DNA from: Nitrospirota bacterium
GTDB taxonomy: Bacteria; Nitrospirota; Nitrospiria; 2-01-FULL-66-17
Direction: 5' to 3'
Length of the DNA stretch: 64,000 nucleotides
Assembly (NCBI GenBank): GCA_049325335.1
Contig: JBMOMC010000001.1
Location: 320,001-384,000, forward strand
In this document: positions 51,642 to 61,291 of the stretch, piece after piece
Layout of the letters: each line of letters opens with the position of its first letter
How positions within the stretch are numbered: position 1 is the first letter of the stretch
Position numbers and translations under genes: made by a program
The notes under the pieces: generated by a model
What the model was told of the DNA's origin: nothing
Database searches by the model: none
What the model saw: the letters and a program-made list of their open reading frames with translations, nothing else

Positions 51642-53195
51642 TCACGCGGCCAGATACCGGGTCACGTAGCCCTCGCGCGCCTCGGCGTCCCACCCCAACA
51701 ACGCACCCATCCGCTCAGCCACCAGGCGGGTGACGACGCGGTTGAACCGGTGCGGGCCGAGCGCGATCGGCAACCGTCGCCGCAGCACGTCTTCCACGGT
51801 GCGGGCCATCTCGTGTTGGACCGCAAAATCCACCTGCACCCCCACCCAGGGGAGATCCGGGTGGAGCCGCCCGCCCGTCCCGTGTCGCGCCGCCAGATCC
51901 AACAACGACCCGAACCGCGACCCGTACATCGCCGATAACGCGTCGGCCTGCGCATCCGACAACCCCAGGCTTAACGCCCGTGCGCGCCAGGCGTGCGCTT
52001 GGTCGGTCGGTACGGGATGCCCTCCCACCAGCGGCGCGGTCGCGGTCCGGCACGGGGACAAATCGGTCCGTCCGATGCGCGCGGCGACCCGGGTCACGGC
52101 GCGTTCGGCCACGGCTCGGGCGGTGGTGAATTTTCCGCCCGCGATGGCGATCACTCCGTTGGGATCTTCGGCGACGAGATCCTCCCGGCTGACCGCGGAC
52201 GCGGTCCCGCCCGATTCGTAGGCGAGTGGACGCACCCCGGCAAATTCCGCGAGGACGTCGGCGTCAGGAATCACCGAGCCGGGAAGCGCTTTGCGCGTCT
52301 CGTCCAAGAGATACCGCCGTTCTTCATCGGAACAGACGACCGCGGAGGGATCACCCGAATAGTCCACGTCGGTGGTGCCGACCAGGCTGTACCCTCGCCA
52401 CGGGATCACGAAAAACACGCGGCCGTCCCGACGCGCGGCGAGAACCAGCGCGTGCTCGCGCAGCAACGGCGGCAACACCAGGTGTGCGCCCCGCGTCATC
52501 CGAATGCGCGCCGCGGGGCCGTCGGCCATCGCGCTCACGCGGTCCAGCCACGGCCCCGCGGCGTTGACCACCACCCGTGCGAAGACCTCCCGCGTTCCCA
52601 CGCGCACGCCGATCACCCGTCCGTCCCGCCGCAGCAGTCCGTCGACCCGCGCGCCCGTCTCGATGCGCGCGCCTGCCGCCGCGGCGCAGAGCCCTACTTC
52701 GAGGCACGCCCGCGCGTCGTCCATCTGCGCGTCGAAAAACCGGGCGGCGCCCACCAGGGTCGCGTCGCGAAGCGACGGCTCCAGCCGCTTGGCCTCTGCT
52801 GCGGAGAGCATGCGATGCGGCTCGACATTGCGGTACCAGGACAGGACGTCGTACAGCGTCATCCCCAGTCGAACCATCCAAGGGGACCGCCCGGCGCCGC
52901 GATACAGCGGGAACAAAAAGGGCAACGGCCGCACCAGGTGCGGCGCGATCCGCAGCCACACCGCGCGCTCGCGCGTGCCCTCCGCCACCAGCCGAAACGC
53001 GCCTTGCTCCAGGTACCGCAGCCCGCCATGGATCAACTTGGACGTGCGGCTGCTGGTGCCGCTGGCCAAATCCCCCTGCTCGAACAACGCGACCCGCAAC
53101 CCGCGTTGGGCCGCGTCGCAGGCGACCCACGAACCCACGACCCCTCCGCCGATTACGATCACGTCATACGGTTCTTGCGGCGTTTCGCCCGGCAT
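51642..53195 (-). CDS. glpD: FAD-dependent glycerol-3-phosphate dehydrogenase
   Basis: IGGGVVG, GTSSRTSKLIHGGLRYL, VNAAGPW, GTTD, AGVRPL, GGKFTT. Confidence 0.93.
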   Translation of the reverse strand: MPGETPQEPYDVIVIGGGVVGSWVACDAAQRGLRVALFEQGDLASGTSSRTSKLIHGGLRYLEQGAFRLVAEGTRERAVWLRIAPHLVRPLPFLFPLYRGAGRSPWMVRLGMTLYDVLSWYRNVEPHRMLSAAEAKRLEPSLRDATLVGAARFFDAQMDDARACLEVGLCAAAAGARIETGARVDGLLRRDGRVIGVRVGTREVFARVVVNAAGPWLDRVSAMADGPAARIRMTRGAHLVLPPLLREHALVLAARRDGRVFFVIPWRGYSLVGTTDVDYSGDPSAVVCSDEERRYLLDETRKALPGSVIPDADVLAEFAGVRPLAYESGGTASAVSREDLVAEDPNGVIAIAGGKFTTARAVAERAVTRVAARIGRTDLSPCRTATAPLVGGHPVPTDQAHAWRARALSLGLSDAQADALSAMYGSRFGSLLDLAARHGTGGRLHPDLPWVGVQVDFAVQHEMARTVEDVLRRRLPIALGPHRFNRVVTRLVAERMGALLGWDAEAREGYVTRYLAA

Positions 53196-53367
53196 ACTCC
53201 GTTGCGGAATTCACGACCCGACGCGCGCTACTATAACATAGGGTCACGGGAGCGTCGAGGCGCGTGGCGGGGGGACGGTTGATGCGCGGCGACGCCACCC
53301 CCTCGCCATGCCCGTTCGTTGACACCCTCTCGCAGCCACGGTAAGATGCCCCTCCGCTGGAGGCGAG

Positions 53368-53871
53368 ATGGGACACGCCGAACACCGGGCCGCGGCGCCC
53401 AAGGAAGTTGCGTGTTACGTGGTGACGTGCAGCGACACCCGCACGCAGGCCGACGACCGATCGGGCAACGTGATCCGCGAGTTGCTCAAGGCGCACGATC
53501 ACCGCATCACCGGGTCAACCATCGTCAAAGACGACCCGAACAGCATCCGGGACGTGCTCGACCGGGTGGGCGGTGACGCGTACACCCAGGCCATCATCCT
53601 CACCGGGGGCACGGGATTGACCAGCCGGGATTCCACCTTCGAGGTGATTGATCAGTTGCTGGAGAAACGAATCGACGGCTTCGGCGAGTTGTTTCGCGCG
53701 CTCTCGTTCCAGACGATCGGTCCCGCAGCCATGTTGAGTCGGGCCACGGCAGGCCTGTTTCAAGGAAAGGCCATGTTTTCCCTCCCGGGATCGGAAAGCG
53801 CGGTGCGGCTCGCCATGGAAAAACTGATCCTTCCCGAATTGGGTCACGTGGTCTGGTTGGCGGGGCGATAA
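53368..53871 (+). CDS. moaB: Molybdenum cofactor biosynthesis protein MoaB/MogA
   Basis: VTCSDTR, DRSG, TGGTGLTSRD, AMLSRA, SLPGS. Confidence 0.92.
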   Translation: MGHAEHRAAAPKEVACYVVTCSDTRTQADDRSGNVIRELLKAHDHRITGSTIVKDDPNSIRDVLDRVGGDAYTQAIILTGGTGLTSRDSTFEVIDQLLEKRIDGFGELFRALSFQTIGPAAMLSRATAGLFQGKAMFSLPGSESAVRLAMEKLILPELGHVVWLAGR

Positions 53872-54146
53872 TGTTGTTCGCGATCATCGGCACCGACGGT
53901 CCTCGCGGGCAGGCCTTGCGTCCGTCCCTGCGCCAGGCGCATCTGGACCGCATTGACGCGCTCGCGCGCGATGGCCGCCTGGTGTTGGCCGGCCCGTTCA
54001 GCGACGGCAGCGGCAGCCTGGTGGTGATTGAGGCCCCGTCGTTGGAGGAGGCGCGCGCGTTCGCGGAAGGCGACCCGTACGTGACCGGCGGGGTATTTCA
54101 GTCCATCGACGTCCGCCCGTTTATCCAGGTGCGGCCCGTCCCATGA
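53871..54146 (+). CDS. yciI: YciI-family protein
   Basis: RQAHL, LAGP, GSLVV, EGDPY. Confidence 0.9.
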   Translation: MLFAIIGTDGPRGQALRPSLRQAHLDRIDALARDGRLVLAGPFSDGSGSLVVIEAPSLEEARAFAEGDPYVTGGVFQSIDVRPFIQVRPVP

Positions 54147-55240
54147 GCGACGCGCGCGCGGCCACACCCGACGGGACCGCGGCGTTTGTCGCGCAGCTTC
54201 GCCGCCGCGGGGTCACCGACGTCCCGCGCGGGTTCGATGGCCTCACGCTCTCGTCGGTCGGGATCGGCACGTACCTCGGCCCCGCGGACACCGTGACCGA
54301 CCGGATCTATGAAGCCGCCGTGGCCCGGGCCCTGGATCTGGGCTGCAACGTCATCGATACCGCGATCAACTACCGCTGCCAACGCAGTGAACGCGCGATC
54401 GGCCGGGCCCTGGCCGCGAGCCGTATCCCGCGCGAGCAGATCGTCCTGGCGACCAAGGGCGGGTATCTCCCGTACGACGGGGAACCGCCCGCGGACCCCG
54501 CCGCGTATGTTCGGCAGACCTTTGTCGCGCCCGGCCTGATTGATCCCCAAGACATAGTCGCCGGGTCCCATTGTTTGGCGCCGCGGTTCCTGGCGCACCA
54601 GGTTGATCGCAGTCTGGCCAACCTTGCCGTGACTTGCGTTGACGTCTATCTGTTGCACAACCCCGAGACCCAACTCGAAGAAATCGCCCCCGACCGGTTT
54701 TACGATCGGATGCGCGCGGCCTTTGAGACGCTCGAGGCCTGCGTCGCGGGCGGCCGTATCCGCTGTTACGGCGTCGCCACCTGGAACGGTCTTCGCGCGT
54801 CACCCACCGCGGCCGGACTGCTGTCGTTGGAACGCCTGACGGACCTGGCGCGGCGGGTCGCGGGGGACCGCCACCATTTCCGGGTAGTGCAATTGCCCTA
54901 CAGCCTGGCCATGCCCGAAGCTTACACGCGCAAAAATCAGACCGTACGCGGCACGCTCATGACCGCGCTGGAAGCGGCCTCGGCCCTCAACCTATACGTG
55001 ATGGGCAGCGCGGCGCTCTATCAGAATCGGCTGGCGCAAGACCTGCCCGCCGACATCCGGAGCCGCATTCCCGGCCTCGCGACCGATGCGCAGCGCGCGA
55101 TCCACTTTGTCCGATCCACGCCCGGAATCGGCACCACGCTGGTCGGCATGAAAGGCGTGAGCCACGTGGAGGAGAACCTGCTGACGCTCGCGGCGCCGCC
55201 GTTGTCGCGCGCGGATCTTGATCGATTGGTGCCCCGCTGA
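54143..55240 (+). CDS. Aldo/keto reductase
   Basis: SVGIGTYLG, IDTAINY, ATKGG, YLLHNPE, QLP, HVEEN. Confidence 0.9.
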   Translation: MSDARAATPDGTAAFVAQLRRRGVTDVPRGFDGLTLSSVGIGTYLGPADTVTDRIYEAAVARALDLGCNVIDTAINYRCQRSERAIGRALAASRIPREQIVLATKGGYLPYDGEPPADPAAYVRQTFVAPGLIDPQDIVAGSHCLAPRFLAHQVDRSLANLAVTCVDVYLLHNPETQLEEIAPDRFYDRMRAAFETLEACVAGGRIRCYGVATWNGLRASPTAAGLLSLERLTDLARRVAGDRHHFRVVQLPYSLAMPEAYTRKNQTVRGTLMTALEAASALNLYVMGSAALYQNRLAQDLPADIRSRIPGLATDAQRAIHFVRSTPGIGTTLVGMKGVSHVEENLLTLAAPPLSRADLDRLVPR

Positions 55241-55302
55241 ACGCGTGATGGCGACCGTGGTGGGGGGGCACCCGCCACTGTTCACGAGAGGAGGAGCCCG
55301 GC

Positions 55303-55683
55303 ATGAGCGAAACCGGAGAGTTGGTGAATCTCAAAAACGTGACCGAAGCCACTTGGGACTCGCTAGTTGGGCAAGCCGAGTTGCCGGTGGTGGTCAATTT
55401 TTTCGGCCCCGCCTGTGAGCACAGCCAAAAGCTGGCCCCGGTGTTCGGAGCCCTGTCGCATCGTTTCGTCAACAAGATGCGGTTTGCCAAAGTGGATGTA
55501 ACCGCGGAACCCGGCCTGGTCGCGCGGTTTGCGGTCAAGAGCACGCCCACCTTGCTCTTTTTTGCGTCCGGGCGGCCGTATTTTATGACGATCGGCGACG
55601 CGCCCAAACACCAACTCGAATCCGAATTGGATCACATCCTGGCGCAGCAAAAGCGGTGTATGGCGCGCTCGGTCCCGCTGTAA
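55303..55683 (+). CDS. Thioredoxin-fold protein with CxxS active site
   Basis: PVVVNFFGPACEHS, FAKVDV, VKSTPTLL; GAGGAGG RBS. Confidence 0.85.
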   Translation: MSETGELVNLKNVTEATWDSLVGQAELPVVVNFFGPACEHSQKLAPVFGALSHRFVNKMRFAKVDVTAEPGLVARFAVKSTPTLLFFASGRPYFMTIGDAPKHQLESELDHILAQQKRCMARSVPL

Positions 55684-55761
55684 CAGTTTGTCCGTTCCGG
55701 CTGACCCGCGCGATCGAACGGTCGCTGGCAACGGGAAGGCGCTGTGCAGATGGACGGCGGG

Positions 55762-56586
55762 TCAGCGCGTGCTGCCGAGTTCGCGCGACCGCTGGGTGGC
55801 GGCTTGGACCGCGGCGATCACCGCCTCGCGAAATCCCTTGGCCTCCAACGCGCTCAGTCCGGCCATGGTTGTCCCGCCCGGCGAAACGACTTGATCACGC
55901 AGTGCGGCGGGTGACACCCCGGTTTCGGCGACCAACCGCGCCGCGCCCACCGCGGTCTGCACGGCCAGATCCCGCGCCACATCAGCCGGGAGCCCGGCTT
56001 TGATCCCGCCATCGATCAGCGCCTCGATCATGGAAAACACGAACGCCGGACCGCTTCCGCTGAGGCCAGTCACCGCATCTAGCAAGTCTTCGGGCACGCG
56101 GACCGCCAGCCCCAACGCGCCGAACAACGCGTGCACCGTCCCAGCGTCATCCGCTCGCGCGCACGGCCCCATGGCATAACCCGCGGCGCCGGCGCCGATC
56201 ACCAGCGGGGTATTGGGCATCACGCGGGCCACACGCACGTTGGGAGGAAGATGCGCCGCCACGCGCGCCAACGGCACGCCGGCCGCGATCGAGATAAGCA
56301 GGTGCTCCGCGGTCACCGCGTCGCGAATTTCATCCAACACGTGGTCGAGGATTTGGGGTTTCACCGCCAACACCACCACGGACGACGCCGCGACCGCAGC
56401 CCGGTTGTCCGACGTCCCCGACACCCCGGTCTCGGCCGCGAGCGCTTGCACCGCGTCCGCCGTCGGATCCGCCACGACCACCCGCTTGGGGACGCACAGG
56501 CGCGCGCGCAACGCGCCGCGCACCAGGGCCGCGCCCATTCGGCCGGCGCCCAGCACCCCCAACCGCTCGATCACGCGACCCGTCAT
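55762..56586 (-). CDS. proC: Pyrroline-5-carboxylate reductase
   Basis: [34 protein letters not shown]. Confidence 0.96.
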   Translation of the reverse strand: MTGRVIERLGVLGAGRMGAALVRGALRARLCVPKRVVVADPTADAVQALAAETGVSGTSDNRAAVAASSVVVLAVKPQILDHVLDEIRDAVTAEHLLISIAAGVPLARVAAHLPPNVRVARVMPNTPLVIGAGAAGYAMGPCARADDAGTVHALFGALGLAVRVPEDLLDAVTGLSGSGPAFVFSMIEALIDGGIKAGLPADVARDLAVQTAVGAARLVAETGVSPAALRDQVVSPGGTTMAGLSALEAKGFREAVIAAVQAATQRSRELGSTR

Positions 56587-57620
56587 TCGTACCCGGAGTT
56601 GATGCGGTCGATCAATTGGCGCAACCGTCCCGAGTTTTTCCGATTGAACCACAAGTGCAGCCGGGGCAGGTGCAGCACCTCGTGTTCATTGCGCTCCTCG
56701 GGTAATGCCGCGCCCTGTTCGATGCTCCCTTGGCTCACCAGGTCTGCGAATTCCACGTTGATCGCGTCCAGCAACGCGTCCGGTACCGGCCGATTCAACC
56801 GGAGGACCAACCGGCCATGCACGTAGCGCGAGGAATGGTAATTTTTGTAAAACGCGACGATCTCCTGAACCGCGACCTCCGGACGATCCGTGATGGCAAA
56901 GAGGTGCAGGTCCTCCGCGGAAATCAACCCGCGGTTCAGTAGGTGCCGGATGTTGTACTCTCGCCACTCGGCCCAATACGACCCGCCGGGCTCGTCCACG
57001 AACACGATGGGCATGGGCGGGCTCTTGCCAGTCTGCTGCAACGTCAGCACCTCGAACCCCTCGTCCATGGTCCCCCACCCGCCGGGAAACAGGGCCAGCG
57101 CGTGGCTCTCCTTGACGAAGATCAGCTTGCGGGTGAAGAAATATTTGCACCCGATCAACTTGGGGTCGTCGTAGATAAATTCATTGGCCATTTGCTCGAA
57201 CGGCAGTTCGATGTTCACGCCGAAGCTTTGCGCGCGGCCCGCGCCTTCTTGCGCGCCTTTCATAATGCCGTCGCCCGCGCCGGTGATCACCATATACCCT
57301 TGCGCCACCATACCGCGCGCGAACGCCGCCGCCTGCCGGTACGCGGGCGCGTCTTCCTTGGTCCGCGCGGAGCCGAACACCGTGACCTTGCGGATATTTC
57401 GGTACGGGGTAAACGTCTTGAACGCGTACCGTAACTCGCGAAACGCCTTGGCGATCAGTTTGACGTCACCCCGGTCCGCCTTCTCCGTAAGCAAGCGATA
57501 CATGGTGCCCGCGAGGTCCGCGAACAAGTCCGTGTCGCCGGAGGCCTGCGCCAGTTGCGAGAATTCGGCGGCGAGGGTTTCGAGTTCCTTCACGGCCTGC
57601 GGTTTAGTCTTTTTTGCCAT
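56583..57620 (-). CDS. LOG-family nucleotide phosphoribohydrolase (long form)
   Basis: [30 protein letters not shown]. Confidence 0.9.
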   Translation of the reverse strand: MAKKTKPQAVKELETLAAEFSQLAQASGDTDLFADLAGTMYRLLTEKADRGDVKLIAKAFRELRYAFKTFTPYRNIRKVTVFGSARTKEDAPAYRQAAAFARGMVAQGYMVITGAGDGIMKGAQEGAGRAQSFGVNIELPFEQMANEFIYDDPKLIGCKYFFTRKLIFVKESHALALFPGGWGTMDEGFEVLTLQQTGKSPPMPIVFVDEPGGSYWAEWREYNIRHLLNRGLISAEDLHLFAITDRPEVAVQEIVAFYKNYHSSRYVHGRLVLRLNRPVPDALLDAINVEFADLVSQGSIEQGAALPEERNEHEVLHLPRLHLWFNRKNSGRLRQLIDRINSGYE

Positions 57621-58065
57621 CAGCCTCCGTAGGGTCGGGCCACGATGCGGCCAAGCGCCGCACCGCGTCCTTGAGTTCCGGAATATCCGCGGCGTTGTGT
57701 CGGATTGCCCCCAGGATGTTTTCCAGCCGCGCGCGCCGCCCCAACTCGCGATCGCGCGCCGCCAAACGATCGAACTCGGCGTATCCCGCGGAGTGGACGC
57801 GCTCCAATCGCGGCCGGGCCTCGGCCAGCGCGGCTACCACGGCGGCGGGATCCAACTCCCGCGACGGAACAAGCGCGAACGCGCCGTCCGTGAAAATCAC
57901 GACGCGCGCGTCTCCGCTTTCGACGATCGTGTCCACGGTTTTCCCACGCGCGTCCGCCCATTCGCGGATGAGGCCGGGAAAGGTCATGGCGAATTCGACC
58001 TTGGCCCGATTGGCCGCCCACTTCTCCTCGGGCGACGGCGCGGCGGCACACTCTTCGGAACTCAC
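57604..58065 (-). CDS. Hypothetical protein
   Basis: Fills the thyX-LOG gap with tight spacing; natural composition; no family recognised. Confidence 0.7.
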   Translation of the reverse strand: MSSEECAAAPSPEEKWAANRAKVEFAMTFPGLIREWADARGKTVDTIVESGDARVVIFTDGAFALVPSRELDPAAVVAALAEARPRLERVHSAGYAEFDRLAARDRELGRRARLENILGAIRHNAADIPELKDAVRRLAASWPDPTEADGKKD

Positions 58066-58071
58066 GGGATC

Positions 58072-59634
58072 CTAGACCAGGCGCTGGAATTCCGATAAAT
58101 CGAGTCGCCACACCTTCACCCCGCAATACCGTTCCCCTTCCGGGCACTTGGGCAGCGCCTCGGCCATATCGCGCAGGGTGCAGGGCGGCAGGAGGAACTT
58201 GCCGATCCGTGGATTGACCTCGCGGACCTGGATGGCTTCATCCAACGACGCGCACCAGATTTCCTCCTGCGCGTTGTAGCAGAGGCGCATGGCGTGTTTG
58301 TGGCGAAGGTTCAACAAATCGGCCGACTCGGTGAAACGCACCGCCGCGGCATTGGGCAGCAGGTACATGACGAATTCGTCGGGCGTTCCCAGCCGTCGCA
58401 ATTGTCCGATCGCGTCCCACGTCTCGGCCATCACGGCGTGGTAGTCGCGTTCCAACGCGGAGTCCTCGCGAATCAGTTCCGGCACGATGACATCGGGCGC
58501 GTCAAAGAGATGTGCCGCAAGCACGGGCCGCGACGCGGGCGTCATTCGGTGGCGCTGATCCTGCGAATCCGCGGTGTGGCTCAGTTTCTTCTTGAACGTG
58601 TACGAGGGATGAACCATGGCGCGCGTGAGTTTGCCGTGCGTGGTGAGGTTGAGCGATTCCCCCAACAACGGGTTCCGGGCCGGGTTGAGCGCCAAGTCGA
58701 TCGCGTCATCGTCGCTCATCCGCGACGCGGGCAGGCCCAGCACCTCGCGCACCGCATCGGCCAACACGTGCTCGTTCTGGGTTTTATAGTCGACGAGCTT
58801 GGAGGTGCGGCCACCAAGTTGTGCGTCGAACTCCGCGCAGAAGGCGCGGGCCGTGGCTGGATCAAGCGGCGAGCCGGCGAAAAACGCGGCCTCCGGCGTC
58901 TCGGCCTCGTCCAACGGTTCTTCCAGAATCGTCCGGTAGCGCGGATCAACGTCCAGCACCGCGTCGACCATCTTTTGCACCACCAGGCGTTGCTCGAACG
59001 GCGCGTCGAACTGCCGGCACAGGCGGTAATACCGCAGTAATGTGATGCCGCTGACCGTGTGGTACAGGTACGACAACGCGGCCACCGGCGCCACGTACCG
59101 CGCCACTTCCTGGGCCTTCTTTTTCACGTCGCGCGCAAAATTCTTGCGCGCGCGGGGAAACCGCGCGGCCCATTCGCGATCCGCGAGCGGCAGCAACCGT
59201 TCCGAAAACTCCGCGTACGCCGCCATCTGCCGCGCCACGGTCCGGCGATACACCGCCAGCGCCTCGCCCTCCAACGGCGGCACCGCCACGCTTTCCTGCT
59301 TCATGGTGACGTAGCGCTGGCTGACCTGCTCGGAGTTGTAAAACGGATGGCTGTGCAGGAACGACCAGATGAACTGCCGCGACACGTTGGAGAGCGCAAA
59401 CTGAAAGTGGGCGTGTTGCAGCGTGGTGTGGTGCCCGGCCTGATAAATGCTGCGCGCCAGCGGTTCGTACCCGTTGGTCACCTGCTCGTCGCTGACGATC
59501 CCACTGCCGGAATAACACGTCTTAGCCGTGGCGATCGCGTTACGAAACGGCTCGACAAACGCCTTGGTCAGCACCACGTCGGGTTCGGGGGACAAAAATC
59601 GAGGGAACGTGGCGGTCAACGGCATGGTCCGCAT
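58072..59634 (-). CDS. thyX: Flavin-dependent thymidylate synthase, tandem double-ThyX form
   Basis: GHHTTLQH, SQRY and ARYV in the first half; QDQRHR, LLPNA and AQEEI in the second half; about twice the length of canonical ThyX. Confidence 0.8.
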   Translation of the reverse strand: MRTMPLTATFPRFLSPEPDVVLTKAFVEPFRNAIATAKTCYSGSGIVSDEQVTNGYEPLARSIYQAGHHTTLQHAHFQFALSNVSRQFIWSFLHSHPFYNSEQVSQRYVTMKQESVAVPPLEGEALAVYRRTVARQMAAYAEFSERLLPLADREWAARFPRARKNFARDVKKKAQEVARYVAPVAALSYLYHTVSGITLLRYYRLCRQFDAPFEQRLVVQKMVDAVLDVDPRYRTILEEPLDEAETPEAAFFAGSPLDPATARAFCAEFDAQLGGRTSKLVDYKTQNEHVLADAVREVLGLPASRMSDDDAIDLALNPARNPLLGESLNLTTHGKLTRAMVHPSYTFKKKLSHTADSQDQRHRMTPASRPVLAAHLFDAPDVIVPELIREDSALERDYHAVMAETWDAIGQLRRLGTPDEFVMYLLPNAAAVRFTESADLLNLRHKHAMRLCYNAQEEIWCASLDEAIQVREVNPRIGKFLLPPCTLRDMAEALPKCPEGERYCGVKVWRLDLSEFQRLV

Positions 59635-59956
59635 CAGCAGGCTCCGGGAGGCTCATTGTAATCCTCTTGGGACGACGGACTCAAGGGCACGCAACCTTCC
59701 CCCTCTCGTTGAGGCTATACGGGCACCCAAGCAAGTGACTGCGTATGGAGAACCAGCCGATCGGAAATCGACCCACGCGTGATGTCAGATGAAGCGCGAG
59801 TATCCCACGAGGCGCAATCTTCCTTCAGTGCTTCCCCTGGGGTTGGATGGGCTCCCCAATCTTTGGGTACGCCACGGTGGAGGCTCGTGATCCCCCACAA
59901 GGGAGGAGGCCCAGAATACACGCAGCAGTCTCTTACCAACCAGGAAGATTGGACGT

Positions 59957-59999
59957 AAAAAGACTCGGGCCTCTATTCTATAAATAAAGGCCCGAATCT
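59957..59999 (-). terminator. Rho-independent terminator of the PEP-CTERM gene
   Basis: AGATTCGGGCCT...AGGCCCGAGTCT stem followed by a T run on the minus strand. Confidence 0.75.
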
Positions 60000-60020
60000 T
60001 AGTACGATTGTGCTGGTGTG

Positions 60021-60902
60021 CTACTTCTGGAGCAGTCGTCGTGACAATCGCAACCCAACCAGGCCGGATCCCAAAAGGAGCAACGCTGACGGTTCCGGAA
60101 CTTCTTGGGGAGGCTCCGGCGTGAAATCTGGTCGCAAACCCATCAGGCCATTGATCTCATCATCACCGTCATCCCACAAGGCACCGGGGCCACCATGGAT
60201 GACCGATGCGTAGCGGAACGTCCCGCTGGTCCCGGTCCCCACCGCGTACGAGAAACCGTCCCACAGGATTCCGAGGTTCGCCTCGTGTCCTTCAAGCCAC
60301 ACTCGTTGAACCACTGCTTGGCTCCAATTCACGAGATCATTGGACAGATATACGGTAGACTCGATCGCCTCCTGCGGCAGGGGGCCATGGTCGATCGAAT
60401 TGGCCACCATGGCGTAAGTGGCGTCAAAACCGAGGTCAAACACCGTGTCGCCGACGCGTGCACTGGACTGAAACCAGTAGTTGTCAATTGCGTTGGCGTT
60501 CGAGAATAAGTCTCCTCCCGCTGCGTAGCCGTAACTGCCGGTGCCAATGGTATCGCCGGAGAAACAGACACACCCCCCGCCACCAACGGTCCAAGGAGTC
60601 GCCACCAAGGTCGCGTTCGTGAATCCGGCAGGGCTGAACACCCCGTCGTCCAACAACTGGTTGTCGATCACCAACTGCCGGTTGGCTGCGGTATTGGCCC
60701 CGTAAAAAAGCGCTGCAAACGTCCCCACCGTCGCGCCCTGCCATGATCTGGGATCGTTGGGGTCCGTCAACATAACCGCACCCGCAGGCTTACCCACACC
60801 AAGCAATGCGAGCATCAGGGCACTGGATGCGATGAAAACAGAAATCGCACGTTGCGTGTGTGACTCTGATCGGAAAATCCTCGTATGTTGTAACCGGTCC
60901 AT
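60021..60902 (-). CDS. PEP-CTERM sorting domain surface protein
   Basis: Signal peptide; C-terminal VPEPSALLLLGSGLVGLRLSRR; GGGAGGGAG RBS before ATG at 60902. Confidence 0.92.
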   Translation of the reverse strand: MDRLQHTRIFRSESHTQRAISVFIASSALMLALLGVGKPAGAVMLTDPNDPRSWQGATVGTFAALFYGANTAANRQLVIDNQLLDDGVFSPAGFTNATLVATPWTVGGGGCVCFSGDTIGTGSYGYAAGGDLFSNANAIDNYWFQSSARVGDTVFDLGFDATYAMVANSIDHGPLPQEAIESTVYLSNDLVNWSQAVVQRVWLEGHEANLGILWDGFSYAVGTGTSGTFRYASVIHGGPGALWDDGDDEINGLMGLRPDFTPEPPQEVPEPSALLLLGSGLVGLRLSRRLLQK

Positions 60903-60996
60903 CGCTCCCTCCCAAGAGTGTTGATTCTTCGCCTCGAGGCTTGAATCAAGAGCAGATACAAAATACAGACCTTCTATGCTTAGGAAAATTAACTTA

Positions 60997-61012
60997 AGCA
61001 ATAATCGTGCAA
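60997..61012 (-). promoter_or_regulatory. sigma54-like -24/-12 promoter
   Basis: TTGCACGATTATTGCT vs consensus TGGCACG-N4-TTGCW; one mismatch, in the GG. Confidence 0.55.
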
Positions 61013-61122
61013 CAAAAAAACAGAACCTATCAATTTCCAAGTAACCCATTGAAACTTCTCGTATCTGGATTAAAATCCCCTCCCACGCACCGAGCGGCAA
61101 CGGTGCATCATCCACTACGGAC

Positions 61123-61232
61123 TGTTAATAATTTCGACAAGTCTAATCTATAGTCGATCGAGTTGATCGTAATAACTATATATTTAACAAATAGTTATGA
61201 TGATAATATTCAAAGTGTAAGGTGATCCGACA
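61123..61232. promoter_or_regulatory. Two enhancer-like boxes (TGT-N11-ACA)
   Basis: TGTTAATAATTTCGACA at 61123-61139 and TGTAAGGTGATCCGACA at 61216-61232. Confidence 0.6.
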
Positions 61233-61255
61233 CCTTCGTTTCGTCGCGCCAACTA

Positions 61256-61285
61256 TTTACTCGCGCGTAGGTCGCGTGACATAAT
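61256..61285 (+). promoter_or_regulatory. sigma70 promoter for gltX (leaderless)
   Basis: TTTACT-18bp-CATAAT, then 6 nt to ATG at 61292; no SD. Confidence 0.55.
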
Positions 61286-61291
61286 GCCGCG

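Noticed and set aside
59715..59939. 74-aa ORF or ncRNA between thyX and the PEP-CTERM terminator
   Set aside because: No RBS, motif or convincing structure; left unannotated.
60903..61115. N-terminal extension of the PEP-CTERM ORF
   Set aside because: It spans promoter elements; the strong RBS and signal peptide support ATG at 60902.
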